Virus record (IMG/VR): IMGVR_UViG_2667527450_000001
Span: 1 to 64,000 of that record
Reading direction: 5' to 3' (one strand)
DNA length: 64,000 bases
From: a virus
Lineage: Duplodnaviria; Caudoviricetes
Positions 9,338 to 18,470 of the stretch are shown here, in pieces. The notes beneath the pieces were generated by a model, which saw only the letters and a program-made list of their open reading frames with translations, was not told the DNA's origin and did no database searches. Within the stretch, counting starts at the first letter, position 1, and each line of letters begins with the position of its first letter. The position numbers and the translations under genes were made by a program.

Positions 9338-9711
9338 CGGAGATCCGCTGCGCCCGCTGCGGCGACACCGACGGCCCCTTCACCGGCGACGGCCCCGACG
9401 CGCTCTGCGAAGCGTGCGCCCGGCCCGTGCCCCTCTCCTTCGGCCGACGGCTGTTCGCGGCCCTCACCCATACCGGGCCTGGCTATGACCTGCCACATAA
9501 GCCTCGCCGCGGAGACGCCGTCGAGCAGTGGCTCAAGGCCCAGCGTGACATGCAACGCGACCGGTTCGGCCGAACCCCCGCCTGGCACAACCTCGACGAC
9601 CTGCTCGACGCCTACCGCCTGCACGCCGACACCGGCACCCCGCTCGGCGAGCACGTCTGCATGGCACAGGCCGTCGGCGGATGTGACTGCTTCGACACCA
9701 CCGCCCAGTAG
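9334..9711 (+). CDS. Hypothetical Cys-rich protein
   Basis: CARC..CEAC; PRRGDAVEQWLK...LLDAYRLHADTGTPL. Confidence 0.65.
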   Translation: MTEIRCARCGDTDGPFTGDGPDALCEACARPVPLSFGRRLFAALTHTGPGYDLPHKPRRGDAVEQWLKAQRDMQRDRFGRTPAWHNLDDLLDAYRLHADTGTPLGEHVCMAQAVGGCDCFDTTAQ

Positions 9712-9785
9712 GGCGCCCCGGGCCGCCGCCACCCGACATGGCGGCGGCCCACCCCTCCAGCATCACACCCGATCGGAGAACCGCG

Positions 9786-10157
9786 ATGACCCGCCGCCTC
9801 ACCCCGGCCGAACGCCTCGCCGCCACCGACAAGAACACCACCCTCGACAGCATCGTCGCTCGAACCGGCGACTGGGACAGGTTCCTCGTCGAGCAGGCCA
9901 TTTGGCACTTCGGGCTCGCCTGCGACGAGTGGTCCGCCAACGACCTCCGCGACATCCTGCCCGAGCTGTCCCACGGCTACCTCGGCGCCGCCATCAACTC
10001 GCTGCGCACCGCCGGCCTGATCGAGCACACCGGGGACATGGTGCCGTCCACCAGCGGCCCCACCCACGGCCATCGCCTCAGCGTCTGGCGGCTGTCCATC
10101 AAGGGCCTCGTCATAGCCGAGACCCGCCGCAGCCGGCCCAAGCAGGCCGCCGCGTGA
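9786..10157 (+). CDS. Hypothetical (winged-helix-like) protein
   Basis: WSANDLRDILP...VPSTSGPTHGH; GGAG RBS. Confidence 0.65.
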   Translation: MTRRLTPAERLAATDKNTTLDSIVARTGDWDRFLVEQAIWHFGLACDEWSANDLRDILPELSHGYLGAAINSLRTAGLIEHTGDMVPSTSGPTHGHRLSVWRLSIKGLVIAETRRSRPKQAAA

Positions 10158-10288
10158 GGCTCCTCCGCCGGCTCGCCGCACTCCTCCGTCGCCGCGAACC
10201 CCTCGACCCGCAACTCGCCGCACTCGAAGCCATCTGGCGCCACCCCGCCGCCCGCCGCCGCAACACCCCAGGAAGGGGGAACCGATGA
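10154..10288 (+). CDS. Small hypothetical protein (44 aa)
   Basis: Start/stop overlaps on both sides. Confidence 0.5.
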   Translation: MRLLRRLAALLRRREPLDPQLAALEAIWRHPAARRRNTPGRGNR

Positions 10289-11157
10289 CCGCCACGAAGA
10301 CGCTCCCGCCCCACGGAACGCTGTCCCGCCACAAGTACCACGGCTGCAAGTGCGCCACCTGTTATGAGGGCTACCGGACCTATCAGCGGTCCCGCCACCG
10401 CAAGCAGGGCTACGGAACGTGGCAGCCCTACGTCGATGCCGAACCCATCCGGCAGCACCTGCTGAAGCTCCGTGAACAGGGCATCGGCTTCACTCGCGTC
10501 GCCGAGCTCGCCGGCTTGTACCCCGCCACCGTCGGCGGATTCCTCTACGACCTCGGCAACAACAGGCCCCGCAAGGTGAAGGCTCGCCCCGAGATCGCGG
10601 CCAGGATCCTCGCGGTCACCGCCGACACCACCCAGCCATGGCGTATGGACGCCACCGGGACCCGCCGGCGCCTTCAGGCGCTTGCCGCCAACGGCTGGCC
10701 CTTCAAGAGCCTCGGCCCTCACATCGGCGTACACCCCGCAACCGTCGCCAGGCTCCTCCACCAGGACCACGTCTACGCGAGCACGGCCACAGCAGTCGCT
10801 GACACCTACCAGAGCCTTGCCGAAGACCAGCCGGAGCAGCACGGCGTGACCCCTGGTATGGCGCGGCGGGCACGCAATCACGCGGAACGCGAAGGCTGGC
10901 GCACTCCCCAATGGTGGGAGGACATGGGCGACATCGACGACCCCGACTTCGACCCCGACAAGGCAGACGCCGCCCCGACCTTCCTCGAACGAGCAGCCCT
11001 CCGACGCGAGGAGATCATCCACCTCGCCTGGTCCGGCAACGACCCCGACCACATCCACGCCCGGCTCAACGAAGAAGTGTCCATCAGCACCGTCCGAGCG
11101 ATCGTCCGCGAATGGCAGACCGGCCAGAAGCGCGACCGAAGGGTGGCCGCGGCATGA
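10285..11157 (+). CDS. Phage DNA-binding protein (N-terminal Zn motif, tandem HTH)
   Basis: HGT...GCKCATC; DATGTRRRLQALAANGW. Confidence 0.75.
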   Translation: MTATKTLPPHGTLSRHKYHGCKCATCYEGYRTYQRSRHRKQGYGTWQPYVDAEPIRQHLLKLREQGIGFTRVAELAGLYPATVGGFLYDLGNNRPRKVKARPEIAARILAVTADTTQPWRMDATGTRRRLQALAANGWPFKSLGPHIGVHPATVARLLHQDHVYASTATAVADTYQSLAEDQPEQHGVTPGMARRARNHAEREGWRTPQWWEDMGDIDDPDFDPDKADAAPTFLERAALRREEIIHLAWSGNDPDHIHARLNEEVSISTVRAIVREWQTGQKRDRRVAAA

Positions 11158-11405
11158 CCGGCATCTGGCAGGACCAGGCCCTCTGCGCCCAGACCGACCC
11201 CGAGATCTTCGCGCCGGACGTCTACAACGCCGCCACCACCCGCGACGCCAAGGACATCTGCAACCGCTGCGAAGTCAGACGTGAATGCCTCGCTGACGCC
11301 CTCGCGGAGGAAGGCGCCGACGCCATCCAACTGCGCGCAGCCGTCCGCGGAGGCACCACTCCGCGCGAACGCCACGACATCAGCCGCAAGCCAGCCGCCG
11401 CCTAG
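11154..11405 (+). CDS. WhiB-family transcription factor
   Basis: WQDQALCAQTDPEIF...AKDICNRCEVRRECLADAL...GGTTPRER; four Cys. Confidence 0.92.
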   Translation: MTGIWQDQALCAQTDPEIFAPDVYNAATTRDAKDICNRCEVRRECLADALAEEGADAIQLRAAVRGGTTPRERHDISRKPAAA

Positions 11406-11441
11406 ACGCAACGACGCCCCGCCCTACCAGCGGGGCACCCG

Positions 11442-11519
11442 GCCCGGGTGGCGCAACAGGCAGACGCAGCCGCCTTAAAAGCGGATCAAGTGCGGGTTCG
11501 AATCCCGTTCCGGGCTCCA
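11442..11519 (+). tRNA. tRNA-Leu(UAA), reads the rare UUA codon (bldA-type specificity)
   Basis: Acceptor GCCCGGG/TCCGGGC; D arm GCG-CAACAGGCAGA-CGC; anticodon loop CTTAAAA (TAA at 11476-11478); T arm GCGGG-TTCGAAT-CCCGT; encoded CCA; short variable loop; U73. Confidence 0.85.
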
Positions 11520-11545
11520 GACGACCAGATCCCAGGAGAAACCCA

Positions 11546-12505
11546 ATGACCACCTACCTGCTCCACCTCCACATCCCCGGACATGACACGCGGCCACTCA
11601 CCATCACCGGCGGCACCCCGGGTGAACTCGCCGCCGCCGTACACCGGCACGCCCGCGGCCAACTCGGCAGCTCCCGCGTCGACGTACACCTCGACGGCCT
11701 CGACGGCGAAATCGTCGCCCACGGCGCGACCGCGGGCACCTTCACCCTCCAGCCGGTCGAACAAACCCAGCCGGCCACCAGCGACTCCACTGCCGCCGAC
11801 CACGTCGCCCACGGCTACACCATGCGCGACCTCGACCGCGCAGCACGCGCCGCCTGCACAGCCGACCGCACCCTCTCCTCCAACATCAGCCTCCGCTACG
11901 ACCTCGCCTGGTCAGCCATCGCCGAACACCTCGTCACCACCGACCAGCCCCCGGCATGGCCCGAGTTGGTGCGCGTCGGCTGGCAGGCCATCTACCAGGA
12001 CGTGAAGGCCGTCCGCCGCCTCTACGGCGTCGACTCCACCGGCCGCTCCGGCGAGGTGGCATCCGCACCCCGCTTCGTCGCCTACTGGACCCACGCGTCG
12101 ACCGACGGGGCAAGCGACGGCATCGTCGAGCGCATCGCCGTCCACCAGGTTCTCGCCACCCTCCCCGAGCATCAGCGGCAGGCGGTCGTCGCCCTCGCCA
12201 CGCAGGACGACTACCAGAAGGCCGCCGACGCCCTCGGCATCAAGTACGCGACCCTCACCGCCCGCATCCGACACGGCCGCCGAGGATTCCGCACCCTGTG
12301 GTTCTCACCCGAGACCGCCCCGCCCACCAAGGGCACAGACCGTCGCGTCGCCTCCCGAGCCGGCACCCCAAATCACTGCCCGCAGGGCCACGAGTACACG
12401 CCGGAGAACACCATCCGCCGGCCCTCCAGCCGCGGTCGACGCTGCCGCACCTGTGAACAGATCCGCGACGCCGCCCGCAACCGCCGCCGTGCGGAGGTGG
12501 CTTGA
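11546..12505 (+). CDS. Sigma-70 region 4-like HTH protein with C-terminal Zn ribbon
   Basis: LATLPEHQRQAVVALA...YQKAADALGIKYATLTARIRHGR; HCPQGHEYTPENT...RCRTC. Confidence 0.7.
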   Translation: MTTYLLHLHIPGHDTRPLTITGGTPGELAAAVHRHARGQLGSSRVDVHLDGLDGEIVAHGATAGTFTLQPVEQTQPATSDSTAADHVAHGYTMRDLDRAARAACTADRTLSSNISLRYDLAWSAIAEHLVTTDQPPAWPELVRVGWQAIYQDVKAVRRLYGVDSTGRSGEVASAPRFVAYWTHASTDGASDGIVERIAVHQVLATLPEHQRQAVVALATQDDYQKAADALGIKYATLTARIRHGRRGFRTLWFSPETAPPTKGTDRRVASRAGTPNHCPQGHEYTPENTIRRPSSRGRRCRTCEQIRDAARNRRRAEVA

Positions 12506-12900
12506 TCGTGCCCAGCATGCAGATACCCGACGATCTGTGCCCGGTGCATAGGGAGATCGCTAAAGGGTGGCGTGACAACCACTTCGACATCTGGAACCCC
12601 GGGGAATGGCCCGCCGGCCGGTCCGTCACTTCGGGTGAGCGCACGTTGCTCATGGATAACCGGACCACCGTTGACGAGCGAGAGGCCGAGTTCGAGCGGA
12701 AGAACCGGGAGCAAGTGGAACTGACCATCCGGATCTGCCGCTCAGGCCGGTCACCTCAATGCACTCCAGGGCACCGCGATCGGGGCACCAGTCGCTTCGA
12801 CCACGCACTCGACACAGCCGACGTTGAGCCGCCCGAGCAGCCAGCCGTCCCGGCGCCACGCTCCACCCACGACGTGCAACTCGTCGGCACCTACCTGTAG
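12502..12900 (+). CDS. Hypothetical protein
   Basis: Coupled TTG start, GGAGG RBS. Confidence 0.6.
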   Translation: MIVPSMQIPDDLCPVHREIAKGWRDNHFDIWNPGEWPAGRSVTSGERTLLMDNRTTVDEREAEFERKNREQVELTIRICRSGRSPQCTPGHRDRGTSRFDHALDTADVEPPEQPAVPAPRSTHDVQLVGTYL

Positions 12901-12923
12901 CCACATCCTCCGAAGGAAGCCCG

Positions 12924-13907
12924 ATGCCCTGGTTCGCGCTCGACGACGGGTTCGACACCCACCCGAAGGTCCGCAAGGCGGGTAACGCTGCGGCCGGGCT
13001 GTTCTGCCGCATGGGCGCCCACTGCGCGAAGCACCTCACTGAGGGGCTCGTCGACAGCGCGACCGCGCGGGACTACGGCAGCGTTGCCCAGCTCCGGAAG
13101 CTGGTAGACGTCGGCATGTTGCACCCGGCCGGCCACGGTTGTGGAAGGTGCCCGCAGCCAGAGCCGGGCGGATACGTCTTGCATGACTACCTCGACTACA
13201 ACCGGTCCCGGAAGCAGATCGAGACGGCCCGGGAGAACGGCCGGAAGCGCCAGCAGAAGGGTCGCGACCGGCAGGCTGAAGCCCGCAAGCGCAATGATTC
13301 GAGCGCGAATCGAGACGCAAACGCCGCCCAAAATGAACGCGATTTGGCGTCATTTTGCGTCCAAAATGAACCTCACTTTGAGGAAGGAACCGCAGGCCAG
13401 GGGCATGTGTCACGGCGTGACACCCTCCAGGGTGCTACGGCCGTCCCCTCCCATCCCATCCCCAGCAGTTCTTTCAGAACTGCTGCTAAGGGCAGCGGGC
13501 AGCTGGCCGGGATCTCCATCCCCGAGTGGGCGCAGCCTCTGGTCGACGCTCTCAGCGACAGCAACATCCACCTCAGCTGGCGACTCAGCACGATGCAGTG
13601 GGGCGCGGTCCAGGAACTGATCAACACCCGTGGGGTGCCGTTCCTTGCAGAGCAGGCCCGACGCCGCTGGAACCCGAAAGACCCGATCAAGTTCGCCAGC
13701 TTGCTGATTCAAATCTGGTGCGAGATCCCGGCCCCGTCGCCCCGCAAGGCCCGCGACGGCTCGTCGAACGAACTTCCCCCGTACTGCGGCGACCCCGACT
13801 GCGACGAAGTCACCCGCACCCGCGACGTCGAGCACGCCAACGGGATCCGCTCTCTCACGCCGTGCCCTGTATGCCACCCATCCCGTAAGGAGAACCGAGC
13901 CGCATGA
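12924..13907 (+). CDS. Phage replication initiator / replisome organizer
   Basis: MPWFALDDGFDTHPKV...GYVLHDYLDYN; directly upstream of DnaB. Confidence 0.75.
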   Translation: MPWFALDDGFDTHPKVRKAGNAAAGLFCRMGAHCAKHLTEGLVDSATARDYGSVAQLRKLVDVGMLHPAGHGCGRCPQPEPGGYVLHDYLDYNRSRKQIETARENGRKRQQKGRDRQAEARKRNDSSANRDANAAQNERDLASFCVQNEPHFEEGTAGQGHVSRRDTLQGATAVPSHPIPSSSFRTAAKGSGQLAGISIPEWAQPLVDALSDSNIHLSWRLSTMQWGAVQELINTRGVPFLAEQARRRWNPKDPIKFASLLIQIWCEIPAPSPRKARDGSSNELPPYCGDPDCDEVTRTRDVEHANGIRSLTPCPVCHPSRKENRAA

Positions 13908-15259
13908 CCGACGAGTTCGAAGACCTGGAGCGCACCCCGCCTCAGCACCTGGAAGCTGAGCAGGCTGTTCTCGGGGCGATGTTGCTCAGCCCCAGGAGCG
14001 TCATCGACCAGGTGATGCCCATCGTCAAGCCGGATGACTTCTACCGTCCCGCCCACGAGATGATCTTCACGGTCATCTGCGACGTCTACGGCCGCAGCCG
14101 CGACCCGAAGATCGACCCCATCACCATTGCCGCCGAGCTTCACAGCGCTGGACTCATCGAAAAAATCGGCGGCGCCACCTACCTTCACACGCTCGTACAG
14201 ACAGTGCCGTCCACCGGCAACGCCGACTACTACGCCCACATCGTCTACGAGAAGGCGCAACTCCGGCGCGTCATCGAAGCGTCCAGCAGGGCCGCTTCCC
14301 GCGCCTACGCCTCCCAGGGCGAGGCGACCGAAATCGTCGATGACGCCATGGCAGAGCTGCAAGGCGCCGCCACTGGCATCTCCGCAATCGAGGTCAAGCT
14401 CAGCGTCAGCGACCGGTGGGCCGGCTTCCTCGACGAGCTGGAGGCCGGCAAGGATCCCCGGGCACTGGACACGCCCTGGCAAGACCTCAACGAAATCGTC
14501 GAGTTGAAGCCCGGCCAGCTAGTGACAGTCGGCGCCGCCACGGGCGGAGGTAAATCGCTGCTCGGCATGAACCTCGCCGCGCACGTCGCCATGACCCGAG
14601 CCCGGCCCGTGCTCGTCGCCTCCATGGAGATGGGCGGCTCGGAACTCATGGCGCGCCTCACCGCAGCCGAAGCGTCCGTGAACTTGGACCGGCTCATTCG
14701 CCGGAAGCTTGAGGACTCCGACTGGGCAAAGATCGCGAAGGCTTCGGAGCGGCTACAGAACGCCCAGAACTTCATCCTCGACGACTCGCCCAGCCTCACC
14801 GTCAGCAAAATCCGGGCCCGCATGCGATGGATGACCTCCCGCGGCACACCACCCGCCATGGTCGTCGCCGATTACCTCCAGCTCCTCACCCCCGAGAGCA
14901 GCAAGGGCAGCGGCGAGAAGTCCCGAGCTGTGGAAGTCGCCGAGCTATCCCGCAACTTGAAGCTGCTGGCGATGGAGTTCGAGATCCCCGTAGTCGCCCT
15001 TGCCCAGTTCAATCGCAACGCGGTCGGCCGCCAGCCGCAGGTGTCGGACTTCAAGGACTCGTCGGCGATCGAGCAGGACTCGAACGTGATCGTGCTCATG
15101 CACCGACCGCTGGCCGAGGACGGATCCGACACCAGCGAACGCGCCGGTGAGATCGACCTCATCGTCGCGAAGAACCGCAACGGCGCCTCCGGCCGCATCG
15201 TCCCCCTGGTCTTCCAAGGCCACTACGCCCGCCTGCGGTCCCTCGGCCGCGCCGTCTGA
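13904..15259 (+). CDS. dnaB: Replicative DNA helicase
   Basis: EAEQAVLGAML, DFYRPAH, Walker A GAATGGGKS, VVADYLQLL, SAIEQDS, AKNRNG. Confidence 0.95.
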   Translation: MTDEFEDLERTPPQHLEAEQAVLGAMLLSPRSVIDQVMPIVKPDDFYRPAHEMIFTVICDVYGRSRDPKIDPITIAAELHSAGLIEKIGGATYLHTLVQTVPSTGNADYYAHIVYEKAQLRRVIEASSRAASRAYASQGEATEIVDDAMAELQGAATGISAIEVKLSVSDRWAGFLDELEAGKDPRALDTPWQDLNEIVELKPGQLVTVGAATGGGKSLLGMNLAAHVAMTRARPVLVASMEMGGSELMARLTAAEASVNLDRLIRRKLEDSDWAKIAKASERLQNAQNFILDDSPSLTVSKIRARMRWMTSRGTPPAMVVADYLQLLTPESSKGSGEKSRAVEVAELSRNLKLLAMEFEIPVVALAQFNRNAVGRQPQVSDFKDSSAIEQDSNVIVLMHRPLAEDGSDTSERAGEIDLIVAKNRNGASGRIVPLVFQGHYARLRSLGRAV

Positions 15260-15272
15260 CAAGGAGCTCAGC

Positions 15273-15545
15273 GTGATCACCTGGAACGAACTCGTCCTCG
15301 CCGAACCGCGGCTGCGGGACCTTGAGGCACAAGCCCGAGCCGAGGCCACCAAGGCACTGCGGGACCCGGAATGGTCCTTCTCTGCCTACTGGTCCTTCAC
15401 TCTGCGGCCCGCCGTCAACCTGCTCGTCGGTTGGAAGCGGCCTGGCACCGATCAGCCCCAGCTGCGCACAGAGGAAGCGTGGCATGCCGCGATCAGCCAC
15501 TTGATCTGCTTGCTGCCCGAAGGCGAAGGGGCGCTGGCGTCATGA
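15273..15545 (+). CDS. Hypothetical protein
   Basis: AAGGAG RBS plus GTG; TWNELVLAEPRL. Confidence 0.65.
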   Translation: MITWNELVLAEPRLRDLEAQARAEATKALRDPEWSFSAYWSFTLRPAVNLLVGWKRPGTDQPQLRTEEAWHAAISHLICLLPEGEGALAS

Positions 15546-15736
15546 AGGACACCTGCCCGGCTTGCCTGACCCGCGACATAGCCCCCGCCGAATCCCGCCG
15601 CCGCGGCGGCCGAACCGTCGACGGCTACCAGTGCCCCCGCTGCCGCCACACGTGGGCCACGGTCCGCGACCTCACCGCCTACTCCGAACTCCACGCCCGC
15701 CGCGCCCAGCGCCGCAACCGAAGGAGCGCCGCGTGA
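15542..15736 (+). CDS. Zinc-ribbon protein
   Basis: CPAC...YQCPRCRHTW. Confidence 0.7.
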   Translation: MKDTCPACLTRDIAPAESRRRGGRTVDGYQCPRCRHTWATVRDLTAYSELHARRAQRRNRRSAA

Positions 15737-16038
15737 TCCAGATCCTGCCCATCGGGACCCCGGTGTGGGTCGCCCAGGCCGCTGACCCGTCGACGGGCCG
15801 CCGCGCTCTGGCCGGCGACGGGGTGGTGACCGGTCACGTGCCGTGCAGCGCTTGCTGGCAGCGGTACACCGGTTCGATCCGGCGTATGTCCCGGGCCGCC
15901 TACGCCGCGGTGGCCGCAGCGTGCGACAGGCCGGCCGGGTTCGTGGTCACGGTCCACCGTCGGCCGGTGACCGTCACCGCCGACGACCCCACGGTGATCG
16001 CGGTGCCGATCACGAGCGATGAGCGGAGCACGGCATGA
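15733..16038 (+). CDS. Hypothetical protein
   Basis: Coupled ORF with RBS. Confidence 0.6.
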   Translation: MIQILPIGTPVWVAQAADPSTGRRALAGDGVVTGHVPCSACWQRYTGSIRRMSRAAYAAVAAACDRPAGFVVTVHRRPVTVTADDPTVIAVPITSDERSTA

Positions 16039-16226
16039 GCCACTACGTGTCCATCGTCTGCGACACTGTCGACGACTTCGGCGAACGCTGCTGGACCGAA
16101 GACAGCGGTCCGGGTGAGCCGAAGTCCGCGACGGCTGCCCGCGAACGCCTTCGGAGCGGAGGCTGGCACCGGACTCGCGACGGCCGCGACATTTGCCCCG
16201 GCTGCTGGACGGACGGTCGGCGATGA
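16035..16226 (+). CDS. Small Cys-motif protein
   Basis: IVCD...GW...DICPGC. Confidence 0.65.
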   Translation: MSHYVSIVCDTVDDFGERCWTEDSGPGEPKSATAARERLRSGGWHRTRDGRDICPGCWTDGRR

Positions 16227-16501
16227 CCGCCCGCTGTCGCGCCTGCCGGCGTCGTCTGACGCGCCCGGCCGCGGATGGTCTCGGGCCGGTGTGTCGCCGC
16301 CGGATGCAACCCGCCGTGCTGGCACCGCGCTTGGACCTGCCGCCCGCCGTGCCCGCCGCCTCAGGCCAGCTCGCGTTCGACGACCCGCCACCCGAGGTGC
16401 CGTGCAGCGAGTGGCCGGCACCCCGCCGACTCGACCGCCGAACCGTCACCGTGCCCGGACCCGACACCTGGAACCCCAACCCGCCCGAGGAGGCTGCCTG
16501 A
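16223..16501 (+). CDS. DUF6011-like Zn-finger protein
   Basis: CRACRRRLT...GLGPVC. Confidence 0.65.
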   Translation: MTARCRACRRRLTRPAADGLGPVCRRRMQPAVLAPRLDLPPAVPAASGQLAFDDPPPEVPCSEWPAPRRLDRRTVTVPGPDTWNPNPPEEAA

Positions 16502-16872
16502 TGGCCATCGATCACCGCCCGCTCCAACTCGTCGGCGAGGTATCCGCCCGCGACGGAGGCCCGGACCTGGTGCGGGCCGTCGACGGGGAGCTGGAACTCA
16601 GGTTCACCCTCAGCATTCCCCGCTGGCGGAATGCTCGCCTCGACGGCCGGGACTACCACCGGGTCGTGCTCCGCAGCCCCGGTACCGGCGACGCGGCGGC
16701 CTATGCCGCGGTGCTTCGCCCCGGGCAGCGCCTTCACGTCCACGGCGTGTGGCGCACCCGAGTCGGACTTGCCGGGACGGTCGACGAGCTGGTGGTGACC
16801 CGTCTGTGGGCGCCGCTCCCGATCCCCGCCGGCACACCCGTCCGCCAGCCCCGCGAAGGAGACCTGCTGTGA
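16501..16872 (+). CDS. OB-fold / SSB-like protein
   Basis: LVGEV...YAAVLRPGQRLHVHGVWRTR resembles SSB strands. Confidence 0.5.
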   Translation: MAIDHRPLQLVGEVSARDGGPDLVRAVDGELELRFTLSIPRWRNARLDGRDYHRVVLRSPGTGDAAAYAAVLRPGQRLHVHGVWRTRVGLAGTVDELVVTRLWAPLPIPAGTPVRQPREGDLL

Positions 16873-17114
16873 CCGCCTCGGCGGCGCCGCGGGTCACCCT
16901 GACCGGCCCGCAGCTTGAGGCGCTGGTGTACGCGGCGAACGGCCTGACGTCCAGCCAGATCGCCGGCCGCCTCGGATGCGGCCGGGACGCCATCAACCTC
17001 CGTATCCGGTACGCCGCTTCCGCTCTCGGTGCCACGTCCCGCACTCACGCCGTGGCCCTCGCCATCGCCCGCGGGCTCATCGATCCCGACGAGATTCACC
17101 CCGCGAGGCGTTGA
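16869..17114 (+). CDS. LuxR-type HTH protein
   Basis: LTGPQLEALVYAANGLTSSQIAGRLG...LGATSRTHAVALAIARGLI. Confidence 0.85.
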   Translation: MTASAAPRVTLTGPQLEALVYAANGLTSSQIAGRLGCGRDAINLRIRYAASALGATSRTHAVALAIARGLIDPDEIHPARR

Positions 17115-17214
17115 GCGCCCGCCTGAGCCCCGCAGAGCGCCGCGGGGCTCCCAGGCCCCACATCGACCGCCAAAGGCCGCCATGCGGCCACACAGACCCG
17201 TAGGAGACCTCGAA

Positions 17215-17649
17215 GTGACCCACCGACAAGAACCGGCGAGCGAAACCGAGCACCACGACCGGGAAACCCCCGAGAACGCCGCCAGCGGCCCGCAGGGCGC
17301 CGCGCGAGGCGAGAACGACGCCCTGGATGCCGAAGCGCCCGAGAGGGCCGCAGACGGGCGCGTAGCACCCCGCGACCCCACCACACCCGACGCCACCATC
17401 CGCCGGCAGCTTGAGCAGATCCTCGCCCTACGCGAAACCGTCATCCAGCAGCGGGCGGCCATCGACCGCGTCCGGGCGCTCGCCGCCGACATGCGCACCT
17501 GGTGCTCACCACACGGCATCGCTGCCGACTACGCCGACCGACTCCTCGCCGCCTGGTTCGCGTACACCGCCCTCGGGCCGCTCGTCGCACCGGTGCGGCT
17601 CGAAGTCCGGCATCCGGAGACGACCGCGAGCGGGTGCCGGTCGTGCTGA
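17215..17649 (+). CDS. Hypothetical protein
   Basis: AGGAG RBS; AAIDRVRALA motif. Confidence 0.55.
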   Translation: MTHRQEPASETEHHDRETPENAASGPQGAARGENDALDAEAPERAADGRVAPRDPTTPDATIRRQLEQILALRETVIQQRAAIDRVRALAADMRTWCSPHGIAADYADRLLAAWFAYTALGPLVAPVRLEVRHPETTASGCRSC

Positions 17650-17675
17650 CGGGCAACGCGCTGACGACAGACGAA

Positions 17676-17701
17676 AGCCGCACACCGGAAGGCGTGCGGC
17701 T
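17676..17701. terminator. Hairpin between convergent genes
   Basis: AGCCGCAC...GTGCGGCT. Confidence 0.45.
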
Positions 17702-17714
17702 CGGGCGAGGCAGG

Positions 17715-18233
17715 TCAGGCGTCGTCGGTCTGCTTGTCGGCTGCGGTGCGGGCGCGGAAGAGGTCGGCGCGGCTTTGGTACTTCTCCGCGACCGGGATGT
17801 CGTGCTCGCGGGCGAGCCGGCGGAAGACCTCGGGGGTCATGCCGGTAGCCGCGGAGAGCTGGGCTGCGGTCGCGCCCTTGCGGAGTTCGGCGACCGCGAG
17901 TTCCGTGACGATCGGGCGCAGGAAACGAACCTCTTCCAGCGCTTCCCTGTACTCGCCGCAGAGCTTCTCCGACTCGCTGTCGCCCAGGGGGCGGACGATG
18001 TGGTGGAGGTTCCAGTACGGCTGTTCTGCCCTGATGGCCTCCTTCTCGGTCTTGGCCGCCTCGGCGCGAGTGTCGTGCCACTCCACTCGGCGCTCCGCGA
18101 CCTCGGGCCACCATGGTTTCGTCTGGGAGTGCTGGCCGAAGCGAACGTCGGGGTTCTGGCTGATGCCGATGTAGAGCAGCTTCCCCGCGGCGTCGAAGAC
18201 GCGGTACAGAGCGGTTCGTCCTTCGCGCTTCAC
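17715..18233 (-). CDS. GIY-YIG nuclease with C-terminal HTH
   Basis: TALYRVFDAAGKLLYIGIS...RFGQH...EKEAIRAEQPYWN; ATAAQLSAATGMTPEVFRRL. Confidence 0.85.
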   Translation of the reverse strand: MKREGRTALYRVFDAAGKLLYIGISQNPDVRFGQHSQTKPWWPEVAERRVEWHDTRAEAAKTEKEAIRAEQPYWNLHHIVRPLGDSESEKLCGEYREALEEVRFLRPIVTELAVAELRKGATAAQLSAATGMTPEVFRRLAREHDIPVAEKYQSRADLFRARTAADKQTDDA

Positions 18234-18451
18234 TCGGCGTTGCCTTGCGCCTCGGAGGACTCGGCCTTCCAAGCGTCCCGGTCGGGTCGCTTCACTTGCT
18301 TGGCGCCGGGCTTGTGGATGTACCAGGCCATGAAGGCGCGGATAGCTGCACTGCGGTCGGTTCCCATGGCGGCGGCGGCTTTGCCGAACTCTGCCCATTC
18401 GTCCAGGTCGACGCGGACGGGGCGGGTGGGTGTCTTCGGTGCGTTCGGCAT
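18230..18451 (-). CDS. Ribbon-helix-helix (CopG/Arc-like) regulator
   Basis: TPTRPVRVDLDEWAEFGKAA...DRSAAIRAFMAWY. Confidence 0.8.
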   Translation of the reverse strand: MPNAPKTPTRPVRVDLDEWAEFGKAAAAMGTDRSAAIRAFMAWYIHKPGAKQVKRPDRDAWKAESSEAQGNAE

Positions 18452-18470
18452 GCCCGGACCGTATCCAGGC

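Noticed and set aside
11442-11519. tRNA as the attachment site of a second element
   Set aside because: No adjacent integrase and no duplicated 3' tRNA fragment seen; it sits inside a continuous early operon.
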